Shown here one piece after another: positions 49,472-59,507 of a stretch of 64,000 bases of DNA. This DNA is from Bryobacterales bacterium (GTDB lineage Bacteria; Acidobacteriota; Terriglobia; Bryobacterales; UBA6623). The stretch spans positions 332,626 through 396,625 of the forward strand of contig CBDCTD010000002.1 in assembly GCA_965222095.1 (NCBI GenBank), written 5' to 3'. Position 1 is the stretch's first letter. The number at the start of each line of letters is the position of its first letter. Under the pieces are notes generated by a model. That model was not told the origin of the DNA and made no database searches. It was given only the letters and a program-made list of their open reading frames with translations. Made by a program: the position numbers and the translations under genes.

Positions 49472-51715
49472 ATGATTGGTCAGACAATCAGCCACTACCG
49501 CATCGCCGAGAAACTCGGCGAGGGCGGGATGGGAGTGGTGTATAAGGCCGAGGACAAGAAGCTCCAGCGTCCGGTCGCCCTCAAGTTCCTGCCGTCAAAC
49601 TTGCTGGGGGACGAGGAAGCCAAGGCACGGTTTCTTCGCGAGGCGCGGGCGGCGGCTGCACTGCAGCACCCGAACATCTGCACGATCCACGAGATCGACG
49701 AGGCCGACGGCTACACGTTCATCGTGATGGCCTACCTGGAAGGCGAGGAACTACGAAAACATATCGAGAAAGGGCCGCTAAGCCTCGACCGCCTGCTGGA
49801 CATCGCTATCCAGGTAGCGCGGGGTTTGCAGGAGGCGCACAGCAAGGGCGTCGTGCACCGCGACATCAAGCCGGCCAACATCATGGACACCACGACCGGT
49901 CAGGCGGTGCTGATGGATTTCGGGTTGGCGCAAATCGCCTCGGCAGCATCGAAGCTCACGCGCGAGGGAACGACCGCCGGCACCTCGGCCTACATGTCGC
50001 CGGAGCAGACGACCGGCGAGAAAACTGATCATCGCACGGACATCTGGGCCTTGGGCGTGGTGCTGTATGAAATGGCCACCGGGCAAGCGCCGTTCCAAGG
50101 TCATTACGAGCAGGCAATCGTGTACTCGATTCTCCAAGAGGCGCCGGAACCGATCACGGCCTTGCGCACCGGCATTCCACCCGAATTGGAGCGCATTGCC
50201 AACAAGTGCTTGGCCAAACGGGGTGACGAGCGTTATCAAACCGTCAGCGACTTGCTTGCCGATCTGGGTGCATTGAAGCGAAGCCGGGAAACGGGTGAGG
50301 GAAAGCGGCAGTCGTCGGGGACAAGGGACGTGCGTCCCTCGATTACGGTCCTGCCGTTTGAGAACCGCAGCCGGGACGAGGATGACGAATACTTCAGTGA
50401 CGGCGTCACCGAAGACATCATCAGCGCTTTGGGGAAGGTCGAGGGTTTGCGGGTTACGCCCCGCGCTTCGGCTTTTCGCTTCAAAGGGCAGAGCACGGCA
50501 GTAAGGCAGGTCGCCGAGAAACTAAATGTCGGCTGTGTGCTGACCGGCACTATCCGTCGCGCCGGCAGCCGGCTGCGCATCACGGTCGAGCTGATCGATG
50601 CCTCCGAAGACACGCAGATGTGGTCCGAGCGCTATGACCGGGTGCTCGAGGACATCTTCGACATTCAGGACGAGATCTCGCAGGCGATTGTGGACCAACT
50701 CAAGACGAAGCTGACCGGCGCCGTCGCTTCTCCGGGGGCGACTCGTCGAACTCACGACTTCGAAGCCTACCGGCTTTACCTGCAAGGTCGTCATCATTTC
50801 TACAAATTGTCCGAGTCCGGCATAGGCCAGGGGGTCTCCTGTTTCGAAAAGGCGCTCGCCATTGACCCGCGCTACCCAGAGCCGCACGCGGGCTTGGCCG
50901 ACGCGTACGTTGTATTGGGCATACTCGGCTACGGGCGGCCCGCTGACGTGATGGTGAAAGCCAAGGCGGAGGCCGTTAGAGCCCTCGAGATGGACGAGAC
51001 CATCGCCGAAGCTCACGTCTCTTTGGGCCTCGTCCGCCATGTGTACGACTGGGATTTCGCCGGAGCCGAGCAGTCTTACCGGCGCGCCGGCGAACTGAAC
51101 CCGGCCGACCCGATTTCGCGAGTCTATTTGGGCATATTGCTCGCGGAGACCGGCCGGCCGGCCGAAGGCGTTGCGGAGTTGCGGACCGCCGTCCAATTGG
51201 ACCCGTTGTCTCCATTCGTCAATCATTTTCTTTGCCTCCTCCTGGTTTATGCGCGTGACTTCGAAGCCGCCCTCGATCAGGCGCGCAAGACTCTGGACAT
51301 CGACCCGACCTATTCCCCAGTAAGGTGGGAGATGTCAACCGCATGGCGCTTCCTGGGCCGTCCGGACGAAGCACTCGGAACGATCGAAGCTGCCGTGTCG
51401 CTCGCATCGAAAGACCCCTTCACGCTGCGATTCCTCGGAACGTGCCAGGCTGTCGCGGGGCACCAGGAGGAGGCGCTGCGAACGATCGACAAGCTCAAGG
51501 ACTTGCGAGCGGAAAGGTACTGCGCCGCCTCACCCATCGCCTATGTTTATGCGCACCTGGGTGACTTCAATCAAGCGTTCCAGTGGCTGGATACAGCCTT
51601 CGAGGAGCGCGACGGTCTGCTCGTGATCCTCAAGCAGTACCCGTGGGCAAGCGAGTCCTTCAGGCAAGACCCGCGCTACCAAGAGCTGCTGCGGCGCATC
51701 GGCTTCCCGGAGTGA
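49472..51715 (+). CDS. Hanks-type Ser/Thr kinase with TolB-N-like middle domain and TPR repeats
   Basis: LGEGGMGVVY, VALK, HRDIKPAN, DFG, YMSPE; SITVLPFEN..DEYFSDGVTEDII; TPR C-terminus. Confidence 0.93.
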   Translation: MIGQTISHYRIAEKLGEGGMGVVYKAEDKKLQRPVALKFLPSNLLGDEEAKARFLREARAAAALQHPNICTIHEIDEADGYTFIVMAYLEGEELRKHIEKGPLSLDRLLDIAIQVARGLQEAHSKGVVHRDIKPANIMDTTTGQAVLMDFGLAQIASAASKLTREGTTAGTSAYMSPEQTTGEKTDHRTDIWALGVVLYEMATGQAPFQGHYEQAIVYSILQEAPEPITALRTGIPPELERIANKCLAKRGDERYQTVSDLLADLGALKRSRETGEGKRQSSGTRDVRPSITVLPFENRSRDEDDEYFSDGVTEDIISALGKVEGLRVTPRASAFRFKGQSTAVRQVAEKLNVGCVLTGTIRRAGSRLRITVELIDASEDTQMWSERYDRVLEDIFDIQDEISQAIVDQLKTKLTGAVASPGATRRTHDFEAYRLYLQGRHHFYKLSESGIGQGVSCFEKALAIDPRYPEPHAGLADAYVVLGILGYGRPADVMVKAKAEAVRALEMDETIAEAHVSLGLVRHVYDWDFAGAEQSYRRAGELNPADPISRVYLGILLAETGRPAEGVAELRTAVQLDPLSPFVNHFLCLLLVYARDFEAALDQARKTLDIDPTYSPVRWEMSTAWRFLGRPDEALGTIEAAVSLASKDPFTLRFLGTCQAVAGHQEEALRTIDKLKDLRAERYCAASPIAYVYAHLGDFNQAFQWLDTAFEERDGLLVILKQYPWASESFRQDPRYQELLRRIGFPE

Positions 51716-52537
51716 GGCAGTCCATCTTCCACTACCTCTTCTCGAGAGTGTACGGCAGGGACGAACCCTTTCGAAAATTTCCAGTGAGGCGTCTGGGAGC
51801 CGTGGTCTCCAAGGAAGCTCTACCAGAAAACCGATGTACCGCGATAGTCCCGTAGCGCATGGCTCGGCGGTCGTTTCGCCGAGACTTGCGGCCGTTTCTA
51901 TTATTCGCGCCGTATGCGGGCCAACCTAATCCCGTCTGAATTTCACCAAGCTTCCAGCCTCCGGTCCCGCCATGCTAGGTAATCTAAGTCGTTCATTCAA
52001 CGCGCCTTAATGCCTATGACAGCGCCACGGCCTTGCATTGGCGGGTTACAATATGATTGGGTACCGAGGCATTTGGGCCAAGAACGGTAATCCGGAGCTA
52101 CGAAACGAGGAGCAAACAAATTACCAAACAAAGCCAATTCTGCACAACCCATGGTGAATCAATGGGTTGCGGCTGGTTTGCAGTATCGGTGGGGCGGCTC
52201 GCTCGGCAAACCCCACGGATCGCTCTACAGAAGAGATGCGAGGGGACCTTTGCGGGAGGGCACGCGGCCCCGAGGAACAGCAACAGTGCAACAACGGACC
52301 ATCGGAGCAGGGCAGCTACCGGGCAACAAAATGACCAAACAAACCCAATTCCTCATAACTGTCATCTATTCAGTAATTTACAATACACTTCCGAGGCCAC
52401 TGGAGGGCTGATCATCTGCGCCGGCGCGAAACGCCCGGTCGTTGCCCCAGCCCGACGGCTCCCTGCGGTCGCTGCCCCGCCTTCCCACTCGCTCGCAAAC
52501 CTGTACTACCACTCCCAGAGCGTTTTCCCTGGCGCTA

Positions 52538-53690
52538 GTGTAGTGCCACATAAATAACTGGACAATAACACCCTTTTCACGGTAGGATGGTTTATGTGGC
52601 CATCCGCTGACGCTCTACCCCTCACCGCTCCGCAGCGAAACGCTCTTCGTCGCCTGGTTCGAGGAGGCAACACAGCCCAGAAAATGGCCTTACGGGCAGG
52701 CATTGTTTTGCTGTGTGCGCAGGGGTTGGCGAACCACGCCATTGCCCGCGAACTCGGCGTCAACCGCAAGACCGTCATCCTGTGGCGAAAGCGCTTCGCC
52801 CAGTCCGGCCTCGACGGACTCCGCGATCGGACGCGCCCCGGACGCAAACCGGCGCTCTCCGCTGAATTCGTCCAATGCACCCTCGATACAACGCTTCACG
52901 AGAAGCCCCGGGCGGCCACGCATTGGAGCACCCGCACCCTCGCCAAGCACTTGGGCGTCTCCAAGATGGCCATCCAGCGCGTCTGGAAAGCGCACGGACT
53001 GCAGCCCCATCGCCTCGAAACTTTCAAGCTCAGCCGCGACAAGCAGTTCGTCGAGAAACTCCGCGACGTGGTCGGTCTGTACTTGAATCCGCCCGAGCAC
53101 GCGCTGGTGCTCAGTGTCGATGAGAAAAGTCAGATCCAGGCCTTAGACCGCAGCCAGCCGGGACTGCCCCTGAAAAGGGGTCGTGCCGGCACCATGACCC
53201 ACGACTTCAAACGACATGGCACAACGACGTTGTTCGCCGCCTTCAATGTGCTCGACGGCAAGGTGATCGGCGAGTGTCTGCCGCGACATCGGCACCAGGA
53301 ATTCCTCAAATTCCTACGCAAGATCGACCGCGAAACGCCACCGGCGCTGGAGCTGCATCTGATCGTGGACAACTACTCCACGCACAAGCATGAGCAAGTG
53401 AAGAAGTGGCTCGCGAAGCACCCCCGCTTCCACTTTCACTTCATTCCCACGTCTTCTTCTTGGCTCAATCTCGTCGAGCGCTGGTTCCGCGAGCTGACAC
53501 AGAAGCGCATCCGCCGCGGCGTGTTCCGCAGTGTTCCCGAACTCGAGGCCGCCATCCACGAGTACCTGGAAGCGAGCAACCAAGCGCCCAAGCCCTTTGT
53601 CTGGACAGCTCCGGCACAAGATATCCTCGCCAAAGTCGAGCGCGCCGCCAAAACCCACGCCATTGTCCAGAACCGTTAGTGGCACTACAC
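52538..53690 (+). mobile_element. IS630-family insertion sequence, copy 1 (1153 bp)
   Basis: Terminal inverted repeats GTGTAGTGCCAC / GTGGCACTACAC flanked by duplicated TA within CTAG. Confidence 0.93.
52594..53679 (+). CDS. IS630 transposase
   Basis: HTH region, then DDE triad VDEKS / VDNYSTH / LNLVERWF. Confidence 0.95.
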   Translation: MWPSADALPLTAPQRNALRRLVRGGNTAQKMALRAGIVLLCAQGLANHAIARELGVNRKTVILWRKRFAQSGLDGLRDRTRPGRKPALSAEFVQCTLDTTLHEKPRAATHWSTRTLAKHLGVSKMAIQRVWKAHGLQPHRLETFKLSRDKQFVEKLRDVVGLYLNPPEHALVLSVDEKSQIQALDRSQPGLPLKRGRAGTMTHDFKRHGTTTLFAAFNVLDGKVIGECLPRHRHQEFLKFLRKIDRETPPALELHLIVDNYSTHKHEQVKKWLAKHPRFHFHFIPTSSSWLNLVERWFRELTQKRIRRGVFRSVPELEAAIHEYLEASNQAPKPFVWTAPAQDILAKVERAAKTHAIVQNR

Positions 53691-53941
53691 TAGCAGCTAG
53701 TTTTTGGCGGGAAAATCTGGCCTCGCGAACCCTTTTCGTCACTTTCTCAAAACCCTGTCACAGACTTTGTCGATTTTTTCTCCTCGCCATTCCAACGACT
53801 TACGTCCCCCGACCTCCCTTAGCCCCCACTCCGTCCCGTATTCTGGTACGGGGCCCAGAAAGCGAAACGGCGGGAGGAAAATTTTTCTATTCCTGCCACC
53901 TACTGCCACCGGCCATTCTCTAGTAGCTGTGGAGAATCTCT

Positions 53942-54088
53942 ATGTCTTACAATTCAGAAGACTTAACCATCAAGCAGGAGAAGGCCATCGCCGCTCTGCT
54001 CGGCTGCCAAACCGCTGCCAAGTCGCGAAATTCACACGGTAGCGCACGCCTGGGCCGTCTTTCGACACCGCCCAGCAGCTTTTTCTGA
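53942..54088 (+). pseudogene. Truncated helix-turn-helix gene of mobile-element type
   Basis: MSYNSEDLTIKQEKAIAALLGCQT resembles the LTxKQEKAIAALL start of phage/ICE HTH proteins, then degenerates; stop after 48 aa. Confidence 0.45.
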
Positions 54089-54277
54089 CCGGTTGCGTCG
54101 GTAGAAAGGGGAACCACGATGCATCGAGCCCGAAGTGTCACGCGCCCCGCTCCGGCAGACGGAAACCGCTTGTTGCGGAGCCGCGAACGTTGCGTTCGCG
54201 GCTCGGATTCGCTCGTCGCGAGGATGTGCAGGCGTCGGCGGGTTCGAGTGTCGCCCGGTGTTACGATGGCTGTTTCT

Positions 54278-55491
54278 ATGGGGTGGTTGAGCCGGCGGGC
54301 GTTTCTGGGTGGTGCGGCGGCGCCCCTGTTGGGGGCCCGTCGAGGGCCGGGCCGGGGATTCCGAGTCGCCTCCGAGATTGCGGTGCTGCGGGACGCACTC
54401 ACCGAGCGAGAGCTCTTTCGACTGACAGATCCTTCCGTACTGCACCACCTGCCGCATTACCATCATCGCTTCATCGCCCGGAACAATTCGTTCATCTTGC
54501 TTGCCTCCGAGCGGCCGGGAACCCGGCAGATCTATCGCATGGATCTACCAGAGGGCAAGATGGTGCAGCTCACCGAGGGCCAGGGCGTTCATTCCTACTC
54601 GCCGGCACTCGATCCGGGCGAGCGCGCCTTCTTCTACCTTCAGAACGATACCCTCAAGCGGGCCGCCGTTCGCGGGCGATCCGAAAGACGAATCTATGAG
54701 TCGGACCTAGGTTGGCGGATGAGCGGGCATCTGTCGGTGAGCGACAAGGGCAGGTATGTGGCCGTTGTCGAGATGAAGACAGGCCACCGCGTCGATGGCT
54801 TCGAGGCGCAATTCCGCAGGCGGCCAAGCTGCCGGATTCGAGTCGTGGAGGTGGCAACACGTCGAAGCTGGGTGGCGGTCCAGGCAAATCATTGGCTAGC
54901 TCACCCGCAGTTCCAGCCGGGAGGAACCGACATCCTCTATTCGCGCGAAGGACCCTGGGAAAAGGTGAAGGGACGCTTGCGGCTTGTCAGGCTCGATGGC
55001 TCCTATCGCAAGAACATTCGCCCTCGACGGGGATCGGAGGCCGTGGGGCACGAGTATTGGTCGAACAGCGGCGAGGAGGTCTGCTTCGTGATCTATCCTG
55101 ATGCCGGTTGGCGGCGTTCCACGGTCAATTGCATTCACATGAGCTCTGGTCGTGAACGGACCCTGGCAGACTGCTCCCAGTTCGCCTGGATGTCGCCCAA
55201 CGCGGATAGCTCGGTCATCGTGGGAGCGAGCCGACGCGTTGCCGGCCCCAATATCTATTTGCTTTTTCCGCTGCTCAAGCGGGAGGTCACGATCGCCGAG
55301 CATTTCAGTACCGCCAAGCCCTATTCAATCGCCGGCACGCGACGCCTCGACCCCTTTGCCGCCTGGCCCGAGCCGGTGCTTTCCCCCGACAGTCGGTGGC
55401 GTATTTCGTCACGGACAGAGAAGGAAAGCCAGCCGTCTATCGGATGGATTTGTCGGATCTCGTGGAGGAGACCAGCCGTCCGAGGTCTTGA
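54278..55491 (+). CDS. Oligogalacturonate lyase/TolB-like beta-propeller with Tat-like signal; 1-nt frameshift near 55399
   Basis: SRRAFLG signal, RELFRLTD, HPQFQPGG, GHEYWS. The propeller-like C-terminus (AYFVTDREGKPAVYRMDLSDLVEET) continues in a shifted frame to TGA 55491. Confidence 0.7.
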
Positions 55492-55832
55492 CGCTCGGCG
55501 CAGGCTCGGTGAATTGCTCAGAGGGATGGATGCTTGAGTCCATTTTGGGCCGGAAAAGGTGCCGTTTGGGACCGAAACATGTAGACGCACCGCGGCAACG
55601 CGAGACGGCGCTAAACCCCTGTTTTGTAGTAACTTGGATCAAGCAGCGCCGCTCGGTCCCAGCCGCTTGGCTATGCTATGATCGCAGGTTGTTTGGACGA
55701 AAGGGGCGACAACCGCGACAACTCCGTCGAACCCTGCCGGGCAATAGGCGCCGTCAATAAGGGGCCGGTTCTTACGTTCGGGAGGCGGCTTGGTTCGCCG
55801 GCCCTCCGCGACCCACTCGCCGAGATGTGTGA

Positions 55833-56501
55833 ATGAGCAGAGTGCGAAAGCCTCGTACCAAGAAGGATCGCCAACGGCGGCTCAGCACCATCCTGCGACG
55901 CCTCAACAAGGACTACCCTGACGTAAACTGCGCCTTGAACCACCGTAGCCCCTGGGAGTTGCTGGTCGCGACGATTCTGTCCGCGCAATGCACCGATGTA
56001 CGGGTCAACCGGGTTACGCCGGGACTCTTCGAAAAGTACCCCGCGGTCGCGGACATGGCCTCCGTGCGCCAGGAAGTTCTCGAGCGGGACATCCAGTCGA
56101 CCGGTTTCTTTCGCAATAAGGCCAAGTCGCTGATCGGCTCGGCGCAAAAGGTCCTCTCCGAGTTCGGCGGCAAGGTGCCCGAAACGATGGACGAAATACT
56201 TACCCTGCCCGGCGTGGCCCGAAAAACGGCTAATGTTGTGTTGGGAACCTGGTTCGGGAAAGCGACGGGCGTAGTTGTCGACACGCACGTTCAGCGCATT
56301 TCACGCCGGCTTGACCTGACCAAGGAAAAAGATCCTGCCAAGATCGAAAAGGACCTGATGGAAACGATCCCCAAGAAGCGTTGGATATTGTTTAGCCATC
56401 AGATCATTCACCACGGCCGCCAGGTCTGCCAAGCGCGCAAGCCACGCTGCGGGGAGTGCAGTCTGGCACGCCTTTGCTACGCCCCCGACAAGAGCGTTTG
56501 A
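55833..56501 (+). CDS. nth: Endonuclease III
   Basis: LLVATILSAQCTD, HhH LPGVARKTANVV, VDTH, 4Fe-4S motif C-x6-C-x2-C-x5-C. Confidence 0.96.
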   Translation: MSRVRKPRTKKDRQRRLSTILRRLNKDYPDVNCALNHRSPWELLVATILSAQCTDVRVNRVTPGLFEKYPAVADMASVRQEVLERDIQSTGFFRNKAKSLIGSAQKVLSEFGGKVPETMDEILTLPGVARKTANVVLGTWFGKATGVVVDTHVQRISRRLDLTKEKDPAKIEKDLMETIPKKRWILFSHQIIHHGRQVCQARKPRCGECSLARLCYAPDKSV

Positions 56502-56535
56502 TGGCCCCTCGACCGCGAACCAACCAGGAATAGGC

Positions 56536-57129
56536 GTGCTCCAAGATCTCGGAGAGCGGCTTGTACAGACCGCCACGGCCATGGGCCCGCCGGGGCTCTT
56601 TCTGGTAGCGCTGGGAGACTCTGCTTTCGTGCCTCTGCCGCAGGGTGTGGACGCGCTAATCATCGCGCAGTCCATTGCGGCTCCCTCGACCGCCTATCTG
56701 GGAGCGGCCCTGGCGGTTCTGGGATCGCTCATCGGATCACTGATTCTCTACACCATGGCGCGCAGGGTCGGCCGTGCGATGCTGGAAAAGAAAGTCAAGG
56801 CGGGTGGGATCGAAAGGATGCGCCACCAAATCGAAAAGTACGACGCTCTGGTGCTCCTGTTTCCCACAATGATCCCCTTACCGCTCCCGATGAAACTCTT
56901 TGTCATCGGCGCCGGCGTGTTTCAAATGAACATGGCACGCTTCATCGGCGTGATTCTTCTCGCCCGCTGCGTGCGTTACTTTGGCGAAGCCTTTATCGCT
57001 CTCCGCTACGGTGAACAAACCACTGCCTTCCTCAAAGAGAACATGCTGTTTGGCGTTGCCGTCGCGATTGGGTTGCTCGTAATGTTTTACGCTGTCCAGC
57101 GTTGGAGTACGAGCAAAGTGAGCCAATGA
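56536..57129 (+). CDS. VTT/DedA (YqaA-like) membrane protein
   Basis: DSAFVPLPQGVD, GSLILY..GR, PLPMKLFVIGAG, RCVRYF. Confidence 0.85.
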   Translation: MLQDLGERLVQTATAMGPPGLFLVALGDSAFVPLPQGVDALIIAQSIAAPSTAYLGAALAVLGSLIGSLILYTMARRVGRAMLEKKVKAGGIERMRHQIEKYDALVLLFPTMIPLPLPMKLFVIGAGVFQMNMARFIGVILLARCVRYFGEAFIALRYGEQTTAFLKENMLFGVAVAIGLLVMFYAVQRWSTSKVSQ

Positions 57130-58787
57130 AAGCAGCGTTTAAGCCTCAACCGGGACTAACCCCACCCAGCGCCCGCGAGCGTGCAGCCCGGGCCGACCAC
57201 ATGCACGCGCTGGTCGAGCAGGTCCGAAAGATCGAAGGACGCCTCCGTGAGGGCGGTGGCCCGGAGCGGGTGGCCAAGCAGCACAAGGCAGGCAAACTGA
57301 CGGCCCGCGAGCGGGTCGAGAAGCTTGTCGATCCGGGTTCGTTTTTCCTCGAGATCGGTCTGCTAGTCGCCTGGGACCGCCATGACGGAAAAGCCCCTGC
57401 CGCCGGCGTTGTCACGGGAATCGGGCGTGTCGGCGGAAGACCGATCGCCATTGTCGCCAACGATTCGACCGTCAAAGCAGGCGCCTGGTGGCCTGAAACG
57501 GTTCCCAAGATCGTCCGGATGCAGGAAGTCGCGATGCAGTGCCGGGTCCCCATTGTTTACCTGGTCGACTCGTCGGGCATCAACCTGCCCTTCCAGGAGA
57601 GTATTTTCCCCGGCCAATACGGGGGCGCACGCATTTTCTACAACAACTCCCTGATGCGCCGCAGATTGCGCATACCTCAGATCGCCGCGGTGATGGGGCC
57701 GTGCATCGCGGGGGGAGCCTATCTCCCCGCCTTGAGCGACGTCATCATCATGGTGGAAAAGACAAGCTTCATGGGGCTGGGAGGGCCGAATCTAGTCAAA
57801 GGAGCCATCGGAAAGTCGGTGGACGCCGAAACTTTGGGGGGTGCCGCGACTCACACCGAGGTGAGTGGCGTTGCTCACCACCGAGCCCGTGACGATCAAC
57901 ACTGCCTGGAGATCATCCGCCAGATGGTAGCCGAGTTGCCGCGCCCGAATGAGCCGAAGCCGCGCGATCCCTCCGCACCTCTACTCAATGAACGCGATAT
58001 CTACTCCGTGCTCCCGGCCGACCATCGCCTTCCCTACGACGTGCAAGAAGTTATCTTTCGGATTTTTGACCGCGAGGGGTTCCTGGAATTCATGGCCGAC
58101 TATGCCGCCGAAGTCCTATGCGCCAACGCGCGATTGGCCGGCAGGCCTGTGGGTCTCATCACCAACCGGCGCGGCGTTTTGCGGCAAGGCGAGTCGACTC
58201 GCTTGGGCGCCATTATCTACACCGAAAGCGCACGAAAGATTGCACAGTTCGTCGAAGCCTGCGACCGTCACGGCCATCCGCTTGTCTACCTGCAGGATGT
58301 CAGTGGCTTTATGGTCGGTCCGGAGGCCGAGGAAAGTGGCATTATTCGCGCCGGCGCGGAAATGGTCGAAACCATGGCATGCACTCGGGTTCCCAAGATC
58401 GTGATTACGATAAACCATGCCAGCGGCGCCGGTTACTACGCCATGGCGGGACAGGGCTTCGATCCAAATTTCATTTTCGGATGGCCCACCGCAAGAGTCG
58501 GCGTCATGGAAGGGGAGTCGGCCGTACAAGCCCTCTATTCCGCCGAGTTGGCGCGGCTGAGCGAAGCTGACAAGCCGGCCGGCGAAGAGCTGCAAAAAGC
58601 CATGGATCAAACCCGCGCCGACTACGAAAGAAGCCTTGACTCAAAATGGGCGGCGGCTCGCGGCCACGTTGACGCTATCATCGACCCTCGCGAGACGCGT
58701 CAGGTACTCGATATATGCCTAGAGACCGCAGCTCATAGTCGGCCGATCGTATCGCCGTGGCGCGATTTCGATGATACAAGAAGATGA
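57126..58787 (+). CDS. Acyl-CoA carboxylase carboxyltransferase (beta) subunit
   Basis: GKLTARERV, ANDSTVKAG, DSSG, GPCIAGGAY, QDVSGFMVG, GAGYYAMAG; ATGA overlap with the previous gene. Confidence 0.92.
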   Translation: MKAAFKPQPGLTPPSARERAARADHMHALVEQVRKIEGRLREGGGPERVAKQHKAGKLTARERVEKLVDPGSFFLEIGLLVAWDRHDGKAPAAGVVTGIGRVGGRPIAIVANDSTVKAGAWWPETVPKIVRMQEVAMQCRVPIVYLVDSSGINLPFQESIFPGQYGGARIFYNNSLMRRRLRIPQIAAVMGPCIAGGAYLPALSDVIIMVEKTSFMGLGGPNLVKGAIGKSVDAETLGGAATHTEVSGVAHHRARDDQHCLEIIRQMVAELPRPNEPKPRDPSAPLLNERDIYSVLPADHRLPYDVQEVIFRIFDREGFLEFMADYAAEVLCANARLAGRPVGLITNRRGVLRQGESTRLGAIIYTESARKIAQFVEACDRHGHPLVYLQDVSGFMVGPEAEESGIIRAGAEMVETMACTRVPKIVITINHASGAGYYAMAGQGFDPNFIFGWPTARVGVMEGESAVQALYSAELARLSEADKPAGEELQKAMDQTRADYERSLDSKWAAARGHVDAIIDPRETRQVLDICLETAAHSRPIVSPWRDFDDTRR

Positions 58788-59040
58788 AGATAATGTTCCT
58801 CTCTTACTTAAAAAGACTTTTCCAACTCTCTATCAAGCTGCATGGGAGTGACTCCTCCGCCTCCGCAACACGAGCCAGCGCTGCCTACATGACTAGTCGT
58901 GAACCTGAACCTCAGAGCGCCATCGAGCACACAGCAGGCCCGCCAACCCGGCTAGTCGTCAGTGAAGTACTCCGAGTCGAGCTATTTTACCTCGTGAACC
59001 TGGACCGAGGTGTTGACACCCCTGGTGAACAAGTCTCTCG

Positions 59041-59505
59041 CTAGGGACGCTGCAAAGTTTTACAATCTCCCTTCTTCTCGAACCGCCTCATTGGAGCATC
59101 GCGACACCTTCCATCAATGACTAGCTCTTCTTTCGTGATCGAAAAGTGATAAAGCCTCTTGCCTATAACCAACATTAATCCCTTTTTCTCTTCAGGACGT
59201 AGCGAATCCCTTGGATAATACCCAAGCTCGAAGCTCTCTTTCTCTAACTCGCCCCCCCGATAGATTTCGACGACGCCTTCCTTCAGGAATCGCCACTCCC
59301 GGCTGTGCCCAACCCCTTCGGGCGTATCCACCGCATTCGTCCTTGGATAAGTCGTACTGACCCAACACCACGAGCCCACCAGTACAGCTCGCAACGCATT
59401 TAGTCTTTCGTCGGCTGCGGCCTGCAGCGGCAGCACACATAGCCACATCAGAGAGGCTAATGCAAGGGCAAGCACTTCTTCCCGCCGCTTAACTCTCGAT
59501 TCCAT
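59041..59505 (-). CDS. Secreted lipocalin-like hypothetical protein
   Basis: Signal peptide, LVGSWCW (G-x-W lipocalin-like start), ends DAPMRRFEK; abuts the M43 gene. Confidence 0.7.
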   Translation of the reverse strand: MESRVKRREEVLALALASLMWLCVLPLQAAADERLNALRAVLVGSWCWVSTTYPRTNAVDTPEGVGHSREWRFLKEGVVEIYRGGELEKESFELGYYPRDSLRPEEKKGLMLVIGKRLYHFSITKEELVIDGRCRDAPMRRFEKKGDCKTLQRP

Positions 59506-59507
59506 AC

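Noticed and set aside
49365-49475. Imm53-like fragment MKSEPIQWLERWY upstream of the kinase
   Set aside because: Similarity is limited to a QWLxxWY-type stretch in a 36-codon ORF; too short to support.
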